The position numbers and the translations under genes are program-made. Below the pieces are notes generated by a model. The model made no database searches, was not told the origin of the DNA, and was given only the letters and a program-made list of their open reading frames with translations. This document shows, one piece after another, positions 40,498 through 54,166 of a DNA stretch of 64,000 nt; position 1 is the stretch's first letter; each line of letters starts with the position of its first letter. Origin of the DNA: Kudoa neothunni (taxonomy: Eukaryota; Animalia; Cnidaria); assembly GCA_964304625.1 (NCBI GenBank), contig OZ199839.1, positions 8,852,221 through 8,916,220 on the forward strand, written 5' to 3'.

Positions 40498-41185
40498 TCA
40501 ATTGGAATGGCTGTAACTTCTAACAATAAATAACGATTATACACACACACGCACACATAACACAGATGCGAACCTGCTGTTTCTATCTCTACGAGGGGGA
40601 TCAGCAGCCCTTCTCGGCAGTGGTGATTCTTTGGATCTACTCTCATGGGTGTATTCGGCCCTTCTATGTCTGGATGGTGAGTCACGATTTCTAAAATTGG
40701 GATTCCAATTCGATACACATTTACCGATCTATCGGTTTACCTGTAACGATCGCCACCTTGTCTCGCATCGTCATATCTGCGATTATCGTAGCAATCCCGC
40801 GATTTATGTCCAACTCGACCACAATTGTAACAATTCCTATCATCAACCCTTGGACGACCACCATCATCTCTCGAATCTTTATCACCTAGTAGTAGAGACG
40901 TTGTGAATATCCACCATCAAACGCTAATGTGATGAAGCGTAAACTACGTCGATCTCTAGCCAACTCCACTCGAACAGATCTTCCACAGAATCTTCGACCA
41001 TCCATCCTTTTTACAGCTTCTTTTGCGTCACGTTCGTCCGAATAGATAACAAATGCAAAACCAGGTGGCCTTCGAGCAATCCACACGTCCTCCAGTTTAC
41101 CGTACCTAGAAAACTCATCCTCCATCTCTTCCTTTCTCACTCCTTCCGGTAGACCACCAATAAATACCCTCGCTCTCTCAACCAT
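40498..41185 (-). CDS. SRSF7: SR splicing factor, RRM plus CCHC knuckle (SRSF7/9G8-like)
   Basis: RRM RVFIGGL...VWIARRPPGFAFV. After splicing three short introns: CYNCGRVGHKSRDC and an R/D/S-rich tail ending RSYSHSN*. Confidence 0.88.
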
Positions 41186-42129
41186 TACACAACAACTCAG
41201 CCGTCAATGAACAAGTCACGCACCCACGAATCTCCCACCGATCTAATCCATCCAACATGGATGGTTGTTAATATGACAATTTTTCGATTGCACTGCATTA
41301 ATCTCATTTCAATAATATATTATTTGTTTCTAAGCAGCGGCATACATTCCGCAAACGTAATGAATGTGCATTAATTTAATTTAGCTTATTCACGAACATC
41401 TCCGAATAATTCGTGAGTATTACACGCTGTGTATTTTCTACGGGTGCACTCCACCAAAAGTGATACGTTTGTTTCGTTGTTTTGTAGACATAGGAATTTT
41501 AATTAATTGAGTTGCTTATCCGTTATTAATGTGTGCGCACGCAAAAACCTTATTGTGTAATTAACAATCGTATACAACTGTCAAAGATGACCAAGTCACT
41601 CGCTTACTAAGTGGGCACAAACCATTGTAATTCCTTTCGGTCATCCTATGTCATTGGTTCCATCTTTACAATTCATTAACTCGGTGAGGTTAACATCAGA
41701 GTTGTATTTCCACATTCGGATCAACCAAACTAACTGCGTTATCTCAAAGTTAGATGATACTCGAGTTAATTTTTTGATCCTTTAATAACTATTTTTTATG
41801 TTTATTACAGTTGTTAACAACTTTTTGATTATCGGATCCTACAAATCTAAAAGGTAAAATGTAGGTACGCTTGAACCACTTCTATTTTTAATACGCACAT
41901 CCCCCTCTTTCTAACTTTTTCCACTTCACAATTTACATATACTGTTCATTGTCTGTTTAATCTTGTAGTGATTAATTACTGCTGGTCGGGTTTTAAACCC
42001 AAAACAGCCAAAAGTAATTAGCTAAGGTCAAAATTGCGCGTAAGAGGTGTAGTCTACAGATTCTAATGGACACTTACTATTAAAATTAATTTTTTTTAAT
42101 TATTCCTAATGATTATTTTTGAACATTAA

Positions 42130-43848
42130 ATTATGATTAGAACTCACAAATCAATACATAAAATCCGTGGTCTCTATGTATCTTTCCAGACAATGCCCAT
42201 CCGTGCCTTCGTGTTAATGCCCTCTTTTGGTTACAATGTGTCAAACTGAAGTGTGGAAAGTGTTGAAGAGGCTTTGAAAGCTAGTAGACTTTTCTCTTGG
42301 AAAAAATCTATAACGCGTTCTAAAGAATGGGACAATTTCTGTTCCATCTTTACTAAAGACGGGGTTGAAACATCCTAAATTGATTTTATTGTTAATTTAA
42401 GCGTATCAGATCAGGTAATGTTTGACATTAAAATTGCTAATTTTGTAGCTGAAACAATCTCCCCGTTTACAATAACAGAAAGTGCATCGTTTACAGAGAT
42501 AATACACTTTGCATTTAACTTAGGCCAAAAGTTCAATGAACCTAGTGCTAGGCTTAAGATTTTGTCCAAAAAATGCGTTAAACAAATAATTATGAATGAG
42601 TATAAGCGTATGTATTTAAAAATGGAAAAATTAATTACAGCAATCAATCACAATAGTATGTGCCCAACCGTTGATATATCAGTGTTGTTTGTTAAAAATT
42701 TCACTCTTCAACATCTCCAGTGTGACATGATCTATTCTCCTGTAAAACACACTCCAGAAAATATAAGTAAAATCTGCACGGAATTTTGTACTAAATTTTC
42801 ACTTAGCAAATCTGATCTAAGAATTATTTGTGACTCCGCAGCAAACAATCTATCTGGTCTAAGAGAGTTCAACAATATTAATCTCAAGGTATTTTATGTA
42901 TTAAATTGATGTATTTTAATATATTGATTACATTTTTTTATCATTAAGTTTATAAATAAATTTTATTTTCGCTATAATATCTAATTTCAATTTGTTCATT
43001 ATGTGTAGCTTGGGATCTCAGTACAAACAGCACATCCGATTTATCCATACTAAGGGTGAATGTTGACAAACTGTGCGGATCTGTTCATAAAACGGCAGAT
43101 TTACAGTCCAAATTACCAATGAAAATACAATGGGACTCAGCTACGCGATCATGGAGAGGTCTCAGCGATCGATATAGGACGTTAGTGGCGTATTTCGATA
43201 GTTCGGAGGGTGTGCTAGAAAATACTTTGATCAGCTGGAGCGGGTGAAAAGGCCATCGTCACATTTTGTAATTCGTTGAAGTTTCGTTTTTTACGTTATC
43301 GTTAGGTATTTATTGTATTTCATCGTATCAAAGCAATGATTCAAAAGCAACATGAAACTTTTATGGGCGATTATTGTATGCATTTGGAAAGTTTATTGGA
43401 CGAAAAATACACACAATGTATTGATATCAACCGTAAAATCGCAACTTTTCTTCATCCAAATTTTGAAAAATTCAAATTTATTGAGCGTGAGTCTACAAAA
43501 TAAAGAATTAAATTATGTGATGTGATGTGATAAACCACTCAATATGTTATGAACTGGATAGTGACTCAGAAGATTTTCAATCAGAAATTCAACTGTACAT
43601 CCGAGAAAAAGTCAACCAAGTTTACGAAAATCCGCCCGTTTATTGGGAAAAATCAAAGAAAGAAAATCTTAAAAAAGTTGCAACTAACGTGTACATACAG
43701 CCGACCAGCATCCAGCTCAATGTCAGAACGGGCGTTGTCATACGCTGGAAAAATTTTATCCAAGTCTAGATATAGACTTGAACCGAACACGTAACGAAAA
43801 TTAGTAGTCTATACTAATAATATTAAAAATAAGACACTTCTGGAGTAA
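42130..43848 (+). mobile_element. Decayed hAT transposase
   Basis: RIICDSAANNL (catalytic D region), DSATRSW, ATFLHPNF, and dimerization-domain motif PASSSMSERALSYAGKILSKSRYRLEP. Stops and frameshifts present. Confidence 0.85.
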
Positions 43849-45175
43849 ATTTAATTCACTCCTCTTTATTATGTTTTATTTTGCACTATCTCAAAAGCAA
43901 ATTGAACAGACCTAACTATTAGACTTATTAGATTAGGGTTTGAAAGTATTTTTGTCATTCTAAAAAATGTGTTGACAGATTTGACTATAGCGTAACTTAA
44001 TATAACGAGGTTCTGTTTCCTAAATCAACTTAATTATCTTTTAAAAAAACTGATATCAAATTTGTATTTGGTAATAAAATATGAAATTATGACGTATAAG
44101 GTAACATACCCCAAAAATTCTAGTAAATCAAGGTAAAGATCGTAATTGTTTATATTCAATGCCTCATATTTTTTTCGATTAAAATTAGATTTTAATCGAA
44201 TATCTTTTTTTCACGATTGTCCGTAATAAAATAAAAGAATAAAAAGACAAAATTTAGCTTAAAATAATTACTTCTCAATTAAAGAATTTTTCGTCAGGAC
44301 GCTGTCGGATACACGTGCAATCTCCATCTTTTTCAACAAACATTGAATTGTTGTCTAATTTGTTTTGATAATCATCCATAAATTGGTTGTTCTTCATATT
44401 TTTTAACATATAAACGTAAATTTTACAATATCAGATTAATCTATATATGTATTAATTGGTTTTAACTATGAATAATTTAAAAACGAGGACAACCACATGC
44501 TCTCAAAATGCATTTTCTTAATATTCTTAGGATTGATGAGTTTTTTTAAAAATAAGTAAACACTATATTTTAGATAAACATTTAATTTCAATAGGTAAAT
44601 AATTAAAGGTTGATTATATGAAGTTATTACTATATTAAAGAAATTGTTACGTATGTGTTTAGTATAACACTTGATAAACGTAAAAATATTGTCCTTCATC
44701 ATATTCACTTTCTAATTTAAAACTTCTGTTGATAAGCACTTACCTACGTTGTTTGAAAAAAAGATTATAGCTATGCCAACTTTTCCTACAATATTTTTTA
44801 AACAAATCGTTGTCTTCATTCATAATTAAAAATGTTTTCGATATTTGACGTGTTCTTTCGAATGAGAAAACGTCCCTTTCGAGAGGAAAGATTTCTACGG
44901 TATTATAATTATAATAGAATAGTGAAATTAAAATATGATTTTGTTATATCATATGAAATGTTAATTTGTGTTTTTTGCGTCAGAGATGTTTACGCAAATC
45001 TATGTATAATCTCATTTATGTTTAAAAGCGTCGAAAATTGCATGTCCTACAGATAAGATATCGTATATAAAAGTAAATATAATTCTAATTTATTTTTTAA
45101 TTTCTTTTTTATTCGCATATTTTTTAAAAGAAAATTGTATAAACTTCAATTAGCATACAAACCAAAAAACAACCA

Positions 45176-46626
45176 CCCTCCAAAGAGCTTGGGTCAATTA
45201 GACCCAGGTTTTTTTTATCAATTTATCGAAAGAAATCTAAACAGTGAAACGCCAAAATATTTTATAAATCTATCGGCTATATTTTTAGTAAAACAGTGGA
45301 AAATGTATCAGATAATCCTACTTAATCCTTTACACTTCATTTTGAGCTTTCCTCACGCTGCATCATACACTAAATATTACTGTGAATAGTTTATTTTCTG
45401 TGCAATAATGGATAAAATTTAATTTTCATTTTAAATTAATAATTTTTGGTATTTAAAAATTCCGATATTACGTTAGACTATATTACGTCTCCAAGAAACG
45501 TGTTTTTGAATCTTGTTACATACGCACACACGGTTTTATTTGAAAAATGTCACTGAGCGATTCTGAGATGTATAGTGAATATTTACTATCGTCAACAAAT
45601 GAATTCGGTGACTTTGAATCCGAAACTTCGGAGGAATCCTTAGCAGTCGATATGTTACTGGAAATCTAACTATAGGCAAAAATAGAACTCTTTAGTTTAG
45701 CCGAAGGCAAGGAAATTTATCGATAAATTTTTTACAAGAATAGATTTAAACAAATCGCCAGAGTTCTTCATTTTTATGATTATAGGACAAGAGCAGACAA
45801 CCTTTTTACATCTCTCCCACTCGCATTAAAATTGTTACGTATACTTCTGGCGTATTTGGGTACTATACGCCACAACAAAAGAGACATTCCAAAATGTGCT
45901 CTTCCATCTGAAAATAGAGAGTTATTTAGTATGACTTTTCTATTTTTCGAAAAATTTATGCTAACATCGTATGTAAATAAGAAAAATAAATCTGTCATTT
46001 TGTTAGCTATAATAAAACGAAAGGTGGCGCTGATTCAGTCGATAGAATGTTGGCATCTGTCATTGTAAGGGGATTCAATAGAAGATGGCCAATGATTGTT
46101 TTCTTTAACATGCTGGATTTATCCCTGGTAAATGCGTTTGTATTATACAAAAACATTTTTAATTGTAAAAATAAACTACGGAGCACTTTCTTGAAAGAAT
46201 TGGCCGATGTTCTCTATCAACATCATTACAATTAACAAGGGGGAACGATAAAAAAATCTCAGCACGTTGTACAAATTGTCTTGGTTTTTATTGTCGAACC
46301 CGTTCAACCAACAGACATTGTAACTGTTCAAATAATGTATAACAGAAATTTACGTTTTTTAAAAAACGTTGAAATGTTTTCTTTGTTGAAAAATTAATTG
46401 TTGTTATTTTTTATTGTAAAAGTGTGAATCTCAATATAGCCGATAGATTTTAAAAATATTTTGTCGTTTCACTATTTAGACTTATTCAATAAAATTTGCG
46501 TAAATTATACCTTATAACAAGTTAGGAGAATACATAAATTTTAGTGAGTTAATGAAAATTATAAATAAAGACATGATCTCATTAATTTCGATTTGGGGTC
46601 AAATTGGCCCCAAGGTCTTTAGAGGG
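45176..46626 (+). mobile_element. Internally deleted piggyBac element
   Basis: TIRs CCCTCCAAAGAGCTTGGGTCAATTAGACCC and GGGGTCAAATTGGCCCCAAGGTCTTTAGAGGG|TTAA. Fragments YLGTIRHNKRDIP and RRWPMIVFFNMLDLSLVNAFVLY are related to the 14.2-16.7 kb element. Confidence 0.88.
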
Positions 46627-48699
46627 TTAATATAGATATCAGATAATTACGTATCAACAGACACATAAAGATTGAACCAAATGGAAATCTTCAAAAGTTT
46701 CATTCAATTCATCAGACAGACGCAATGCTTTCGCTTTCAGTGTCGGATGGATCAAAATCACTGGAACCAATAAGATCTATCATTGTATTGTAAGAATGAA
46801 TCACATGTAAAAGATTAACTGAGCATAAAACAAGAATTAAAGGATATAACAATAATCCACTTCAATTAAAACTCAACTTAAAATCAACAGAAAAATTTGT
46901 TCAATTAATAATTTGGATGTTCAGAAAACGTAATATAATGAATTTACATGAAATTTCGATTTTACAACGCCAATTTAATAAATGGATGGGTTCATGGAGT
47001 CCATAATTATCTACAAAGGGTTAATTTATTTGTCTATATTATTGTTCTCTCTTGGAAATTCCATATTACCCCCCTCTCGAAAGTTTTATCCATTCTGTTA
47101 TTGAGTAGTTTAAATTTCTCATTTCTAACAATGTCGCAATTTTCATTCAAGTTGCTATAATTGAAGTCAATTAATGTTTTTGACTTCCATGATGGGATAG
47201 TAATCAACAGATGATGGATGTAATACCGAAGTTCTAAATCAATTGGTCTTGGAGTCACTCTTAGTTCATACTTTTTCAAATTATTCAATAATCTCCACGT
47301 CAAAAAAGTGAGCGATATTTTGTCTTATGTTTTAAGTGCGTATTAATTATGCCGAAGTAATCAAAACACAGTTTTGGGGGGCAAAATAAGCATAGCTAAC
47401 ACTCCTATTTTTCTCCTCGAGAGAATTATATCTTACTTTTATAATTATGTGAAATGACTTATTTCATTTTTACCTTACGATTAATATCTATATTTAATAT
47501 CTATATTTTGAATTTTCGAGAATATATTCTAAAAATGCACAATAATCATGCTACGTAAAAAATAACGCGTGACTGTGCTCATTTTAGTGATATCAATAAT
47601 AAATATTTTGACCCAATAAAGAACCATCCAACAATATTGCATTGTTAAATTTAAAAAATATCTTGATTTTAATGTGAATTATTGTAATTTTTGAAAAATT
47701 AATAATAAGTATTTTGACAACAACGAAATAAAAATATTTATTAAAATAATAATTAGTTGATTTCCACGTAATCCTTCACGTGGGTAACTTATGTAATTGA
47801 TAACTGGTTATGAAAATAATAAAAGTACCTTCATAATCGTGCCTATGCACTCAAATGACAAATAGGTTGTAATACAAACAAAACATTATATTACAAATCT
47901 TCTTTATATTTACGATCAATCCCTTAATTTTTTTCTTTTTCAAACACAGAATAACTTAAAAAAATTAATTTTGCGAATTTACTTAGTTTATCTGATATAA
48001 TTTGGAAACCAGAATTTATTATTGTCGTGTGTTATAATACTCAGTAGTCATTGGATAAGTATTCTATTCTGGTTGTGTGAACAAGTAACAGAAATTAATT
48101 AATAATAAGGTTAGGGATTTCTTGCCCAATCAAATGAGAGATTATTGTTGAACCGATTGATAAAAGTGAGATTATGTAAAAATAATCAGCAAACCATTTT
48201 TAAACAGATTATTGCCTCTACTAATTTCGATTAACAGAAGATTATCTGATTAACGTACCGAAATAGGCGCATACCAATCTACGTCACTTAAGGTGTCATC
48301 TGCTTACGATTGACTCCGATAGATGTGTTGTCGTTTATTCACCACTTAAAAATATTTAAATATTCAATCAGAATATTTTAAGTGAGTTTAAATATGGAGG
48401 TTTGAACATTCTTATTTTAACTAATATGTATTAATCGTGGAAACGAGGTAAAATAATCGTCATGCTAATTCCCAATTGAATAACACGTGACACAGTCGCT
48501 AATTCTCTATCAAATTAAGAGATTTATCAATCTATTTTGGAGGTGTATTTGATTCGAATTTATCGATCTAAATTTTAACCGCATGGAATCGTTAAAATAA
48601 ACAGACTACCTTGCAAACATCCTTTATTAATAATCACGACAATAAACGAAGATGATCTCATGTGGTGTTCGGTATCTACGTGCAGCGTTCGGTTTGGTC

Positions 48700-49666
48700 A
48701 TGGTGTCGTCTACTCTCCATTGTGAAAAATTTGGAATCCGAAACCACCGTTGACGATTTGAAAGAAACTTTCAAAAAGTACGGAAAGGTTAATGACATTG
48801 CCATCGACGATGATAGTGCAAGCGCCACTGTTATGTTTGCAAGAGTGAAAGCAGCGGAAAGGCACTCAGCGCATTGAATGGCAAAGATGTGTGTGGATCG
48901 ATCGTGAAGATCTCCATGGATGATGAGGAATCTGAAGTGGATTCTGGTAGAAATTGATTGTGTTGAGAGGTGCTGATAATGGGTTTATATTTTTGTAGAT
49001 GAAGAGGAGGTGAATCCAGCCGCCAGTAACAGCAACGAGGAGGACAACGATATGATGATGATATCAATGAGGAAGAAGAACTGGAAGAAGATGATGATGA
49101 TGATGATGATGAGCAGGAAACCCCTAATAAAAACTGCCAAAACCTGTCGAACCTGTTCCAAAGAAGGTCACATTGCTAAGTTCTGCCCACAGAACCAGAA
49201 GGACAAGAAAAAGTTTGAAAAGATCACTTGTTTTAAATGTGGAAAATTTGGTCACAAATCTCGTGATTGTAAAAATGCCTTGAAAAACATGTGCTTCAAC
49301 TGCGCTCAAGATGGACATTTGTCTCGTGACTGTCCAAACAAACAACCCTCTGGCAATGCCTCTAGGGTCTGTTTCAGATGTAAACAAACAGGTCACATGT
49401 CCAGAGAATGTCCCAACAAATCTGAGGAGAATCACCAAGCCAGAGCTTGCTACAAATGTGGTCAAACTGGTCACGTGCTCAGGGATTGTAAAAATCGATC
49501 TGAAGCTGACCATAACACAAGAAAATGTTTCAAATGCGGTGATCCAGGTCACATCTCTCGGGATTGTACTTCCGGTAGCTCTGGGGGCCCAATTCGAACA
49601 AATGGTGGGAATGCCGGCATAAAAAAATCCAGACAATCTCCCTACCACAAGAAAAATATGAAGTAA
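48700..49666 (+). CDS. RRM + acidic linker + six CCHC zinc knuckles (CNBP/UMSBP-like); frameshifted as assembled
   Basis: RRM IVKNLESETTVDDLKETFKKYGKV...ATVMF...ALNGKDVCGSIVKIS, one intron (~48947-48998), poly-D/E codon tract, and six CX2CX4HX4C knuckles. Four single-base indels are needed to restore the frame. Confidence 0.85.
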
Positions 49667-50697
49667 TCGTAGCTCCACGATCGTTTCTAATTTGATTGTG
49701 TAGGAATTGAGGTAGCGCTTACTCCACTCAGTCAACATCAATTCATTTTGCTGTTACTTTGTAGAATATTTATTTGAGGAGTTGTAGTCAAAATATATGT
49801 ATTTGTGATCTGTTAGTTTGTCATGGATGGGTTTCTACTGATTGGCGTGTTCTATTTAATGTTTTTATTGATTGCGTTGGCGTTCTTTTTTCAGTTTGGG
49901 GTTGTTGTTAATTGGTATTATTAAATTTTATGTTTTCCGAGAGTCGTGGATTACTATCGCGAAATCTCGACTATTTATGTTTATTTCTATACGATAAATT
50001 CTCCAATGAATTACTCTGTCTTAATGAGGCCTCAAACTTTACCGTTTATTTATATTCTCTTCTATAAGCTGTTTGTATTCGTATTTTCCTAATTAAACTT
50101 AACAACTAATAATGAACAAGAAACTTAACTAGTGTACTTGTCGTTTGAATTAATAATTGGGTGACAGTGATAGAAACTAAGGTATTGAACAAATCTACAC
50201 ATTGATTGTATGATATATTGAAAAGAGAATAAACTATAAGATTTAATCTAAATAGAATTGAATGAATGTGAAGGTCATTCATGCAGGATTAAAGAGTGAG
50301 TTATAAAAAATAGCAAAAATATAACATTCTATATTTATAAAAGTATAAAAACACGGTCTCGTCTAATTATTCACCCGAAATTTGCTTAAAAATGATCTGT
50401 ACACGATGAATTAAGGCTAGCAGAAACAAAGCTCCTAGTATGACATTTTGTAAAACCTCAAAAAACTAAAAAAGTAGTCGTTGGGTCGTGCGGAATATGG
50501 CTCTAGCGCAATTTTAAAAAATTTACTTGTATACTCCATATTTTATTTTACTTCAGGTTTAAATAAGTAGTTCAATAACAAATAAGTCATTAAAAATTAA
50601 CGAATATTTGGATTTCAACAAATAAGGCGTGCTCCGATACAATCCATCCGGACCCTAGAAAATAACTATCTTAATGGTCTTAAATTTCTTTGTCGAT

Positions 50698-52137
50698 TAT
50701 CAATAATAAATCCAATAAATTACTTCAACATTTTTGCCTATTTCCTATTCGACTAGAGTCGGATACACATGTAACCTACACATCGTTTTGCAATAAACAT
50801 CGAAAAATAGCAGATTATTTGCTTTTTTCGGAAATTATTCATAATTTCTATTTTATATTAATGTTAACAAAAACAACATTAAATTTTTCTGTGTTGATTT
50901 TCCATGTGGAAATCGCGATAAGGAGCTTTTAAGTTTTAGAGAGGACGGTGCAGGGTCATTCGTGACCCCAATTTAGACATTTCCTCGTTTTATGGTACAA
51001 CTCAAGTTATTATATCGTTTAAATTTCTTGTAATCTCCGTAGAAGAGTTTAAGTTTTTACACATACAGTCAAAATAAATGTATTGAATCTTTAGTAATAA
51101 ATACTTGCATTTTATCAGTGTACGCAATACTTTATAATATTAAAGGTAATGGTAAAATAATTTTTTAAATAAAACAGATACTATATGTAAATAATAAACT
51201 AATATAATCATTCTTGCTTAAAGCTGAAATATTTTAGCAGCATAAACAGAGAAGTATACAATGACCGCAATATCTAGATTAACGTTGTTATTTTTTATTC
51301 TACTGCAATATAGACTCTGGTATATTTTGATGTACTTGACAGTGATTTGTTCGTATGAATATAACACTCATACCACGGGTTTATTACATTTTTTGTGTTA
51401 AATAAATTTCTTTAAGCATGAAACAAATAGAATACTACTTTTTAAACTTATTAACTGTAATTATGAGATTTGGCAAGCATAGTTGCAAAAAAGAGGCTAA
51501 AATTGTAAATAATTTCGTTTGAAAGCTAAATTATGTATTATATCAACAATAATACATTATTTTATTCGAACAAATATTTTTGTCAAAATAAATTGAATAC
51601 AATTTATATTGGTAATTAATTATATACTTTATGTCGTATTTTAAAAATAAATAGATAAATATACGATTCATTATTTGTAAAAGTTATCCAATTTAATATC
51701 TTCAACTAAATAAATGTGTGTTGAAAATTTTTAATTAATGCTTATCTTTAATTTTGCAAGTAATTGGTGCATAAAAATTACTCCACTGGTAATAATGTAC
51801 TAATAAAAATATATAAACTAAAATGAATAATTATAATTGTTAATTAATGTTTTAAAAGTTAATTTGACATATAGAAATAAAGATAGATGACATATTATTT
51901 AGAAGGTTTACTATTCTAAATTTGGTACGTAATAATTAAGAAAATTTAAATAATAGTTACAGTATACTAATTAGGATAAAATATGAAAATAATCAGCTAT
52001 TTTTCGGTGTTTATTCCAAAATGATGTGGATTACACGTGTATCCGACTGTAATCGAATAGTAATTGAGGAAAAATTTAGAAGTAACTGATTTGAGCTCAA
52101 TATTTACACACAATATTCTTTTGATTTATTATTGATA
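50698..52137. repeat. Long imperfect inverted repeat (foldback/MITE-like)
   Basis: 50698-50822 and 51988-52137 are reverse complements around the core CTATTCGA.TA.AGTCGGATACAC.TGTAA...AATAAACA.CGAAAAATAGC.GATTATTT. A further partial copy lies at ~44304-44345. Confidence 0.75.
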
Positions 52138-54166
52138 CTCGTAAATGAATAAACGAGAAAAAACGCACGAAAGATGGTGTTTTTCTGAAGTCACATACTT
52201 TACCATTTCCCACACGGCTTTCGACCGCGCGTTTATGATTGGTGGATTACAACATTTATAATCTAAATGTTACAAAGACATTGATTTTTACGTAGAAGTA
52301 TGGGCTCGAATATAAATTTTGTCTGATAATGTCTTTGGCACGTGCGCATTAATTGATAAATTTTGTTTACTTTGGGTTTATTAATTTTTATTTAAGAAAA
52401 TGATTATTACACAATTTTATTAGGTGCAGCGTGCGCATTTTAGATTTTTCATTTTAGAATATACTTATTTTTAAACAGAAATAAACAAAACTTCGTATTT
52501 AATCATGTTTCAACAACCGTTATTATCCCATGATCCTTTGATTTATATTTTCTTATTTTCATACAAAGTTGGTGCATTTTTATCACTAGAAAAATAATCA
52601 TTATTTTTTAAATAAATTTTATTTACGTTATATATACTTACTATGTATATTTATCAACATTAACAATTTATCTTTTAATCCGTAAATCACACATCCATCT
52701 ATTACGACCAAAATAACATCGTTCGTATTTATTAACGCAAATTGCCTGATAACAGATGACAACGTATTTTAAAGTTCGCTCTATTAGTAGTATGTGTATT
52801 CTTCGTGTAATGACATATTATGTATTTAATGAAGTAATCTTTAGATTTTAACATTAATAAAACAAAATTGATCGATAAAAATGATTATATTACATATAAT
52901 GCGGGTGCAACCAACTCGATCTTCTATTATTTGTTGTTTGTAGAAGTTATTTCACATCTGTAAACTTAATTATGTGGTAATTTAGGTTTGATGTGATATG
53001 ATAATTTTCAAAAACCTTCTTAGAAAACAAAAATAAAATAAATATCTAAAATGTAGTGTGTTTCAAACTAAAACATTAAAATTATTTTAAAAGTCACAAA
53101 TATAAGAATAATACACAATTTAGATCTTTAATGTAAAATTGAAATTTTACATAATTAATTATTAGTAATTCGTAGTTTAAACATTCTGGGATCATCGTGA
53201 AAATGTAAGAGGAAGGATTATTAAATCCTTCATCATCCACTGTGACTCATAATTCTATTTATGAATCTAAAAAATTCCAAATAACTTTCATATTAATATT
53301 TTAATCTAATTGTTGATATCTATTTTATCAAACTGATCCCTCTTCTTATTTACGATTTTTATAATTTTGAAAAATTCGATTTGAGGAATGTTATAACATA
53401 AAAGGGTAGAGATTCAACTCAGTTTATTGTGACCATTTAATCCGGCACATAATTATATTATAGTATAATCCATTAAACAATTTATCTGAATGCTAATTAT
53501 TCAAGACAACAATATTTGATATTATATTTGTCTCTTAATGTGTTTTAATAGCCTAAGAAATCAGTGTTAAACAAATTATGATCGATTCTTTAATTAAATT
53601 AAAAACTTTATGCATAAAAATTGATTTTTAATTATCACACGCATATGCATTTAAACGCAATTATTACGTATATTCGAACGTAGGATCTAATGAATTTATC
53701 GGTTGTGCAATAAATAAAAATTAATTCAAAAACAAGCCCTAATAGGTTTATAAAAATTTTACAATTATTATTACTCTCTCATTTTCAAAGAAAAATCGAA
53801 TCAACTCCGAACTCCTCTATTTTTTTATATGGTAGAATACAAAAATTAGTAAGAGTTCATTAGATATAGAAGACTTATCTTATGCCGCCAAATATTCAAA
53901 AGAAATTTTGGATGGATAAAGAAAACTATTTTTTTATAAAACTAAGGAAAAAAATTATTAATTGTATTAAATATATTAATTAATTTATAAATAAAAACAC
54001 CAAATTTACTAATAAGCTCATATCGAATATCAATCAGTTTAGCATTGTTTTTTAAAAAATGAAGATATAACCATAAAAACACAACAATTATTTATATCTA
54101 TCTACTTGTTTTGTCGATTTTAAAGTTAACAAAAACAAAGGTTTTTGAAAACAACAATATTTAGCT

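Noticed and set aside
35187-46630. TTAA-CCCTCCAAAAAGCTTG at 35187 pairing with the piggyBac end at 46626 to form an 11-kb element carrying the SR gene
   Set aside because: The match is only about 16 bp, and a better partner TIR exists at 45176. Likely a solo remnant or chance.
49010-49666. Retroviral gag nucleocapsid origin of the CCHC array
   Set aside because: No LTRs or pol sequence. The gene has an intron and an RRM, and six knuckles fit cellular CNBP-like proteins.
49124-49741. 205-aa antisense ORF, and similar antisense or alternate-frame ORFs over BMS1, INTS10, piggyBac and DYRK
   Set aside because: Shadow ORFs of real coding sequence with no recognisable motifs.
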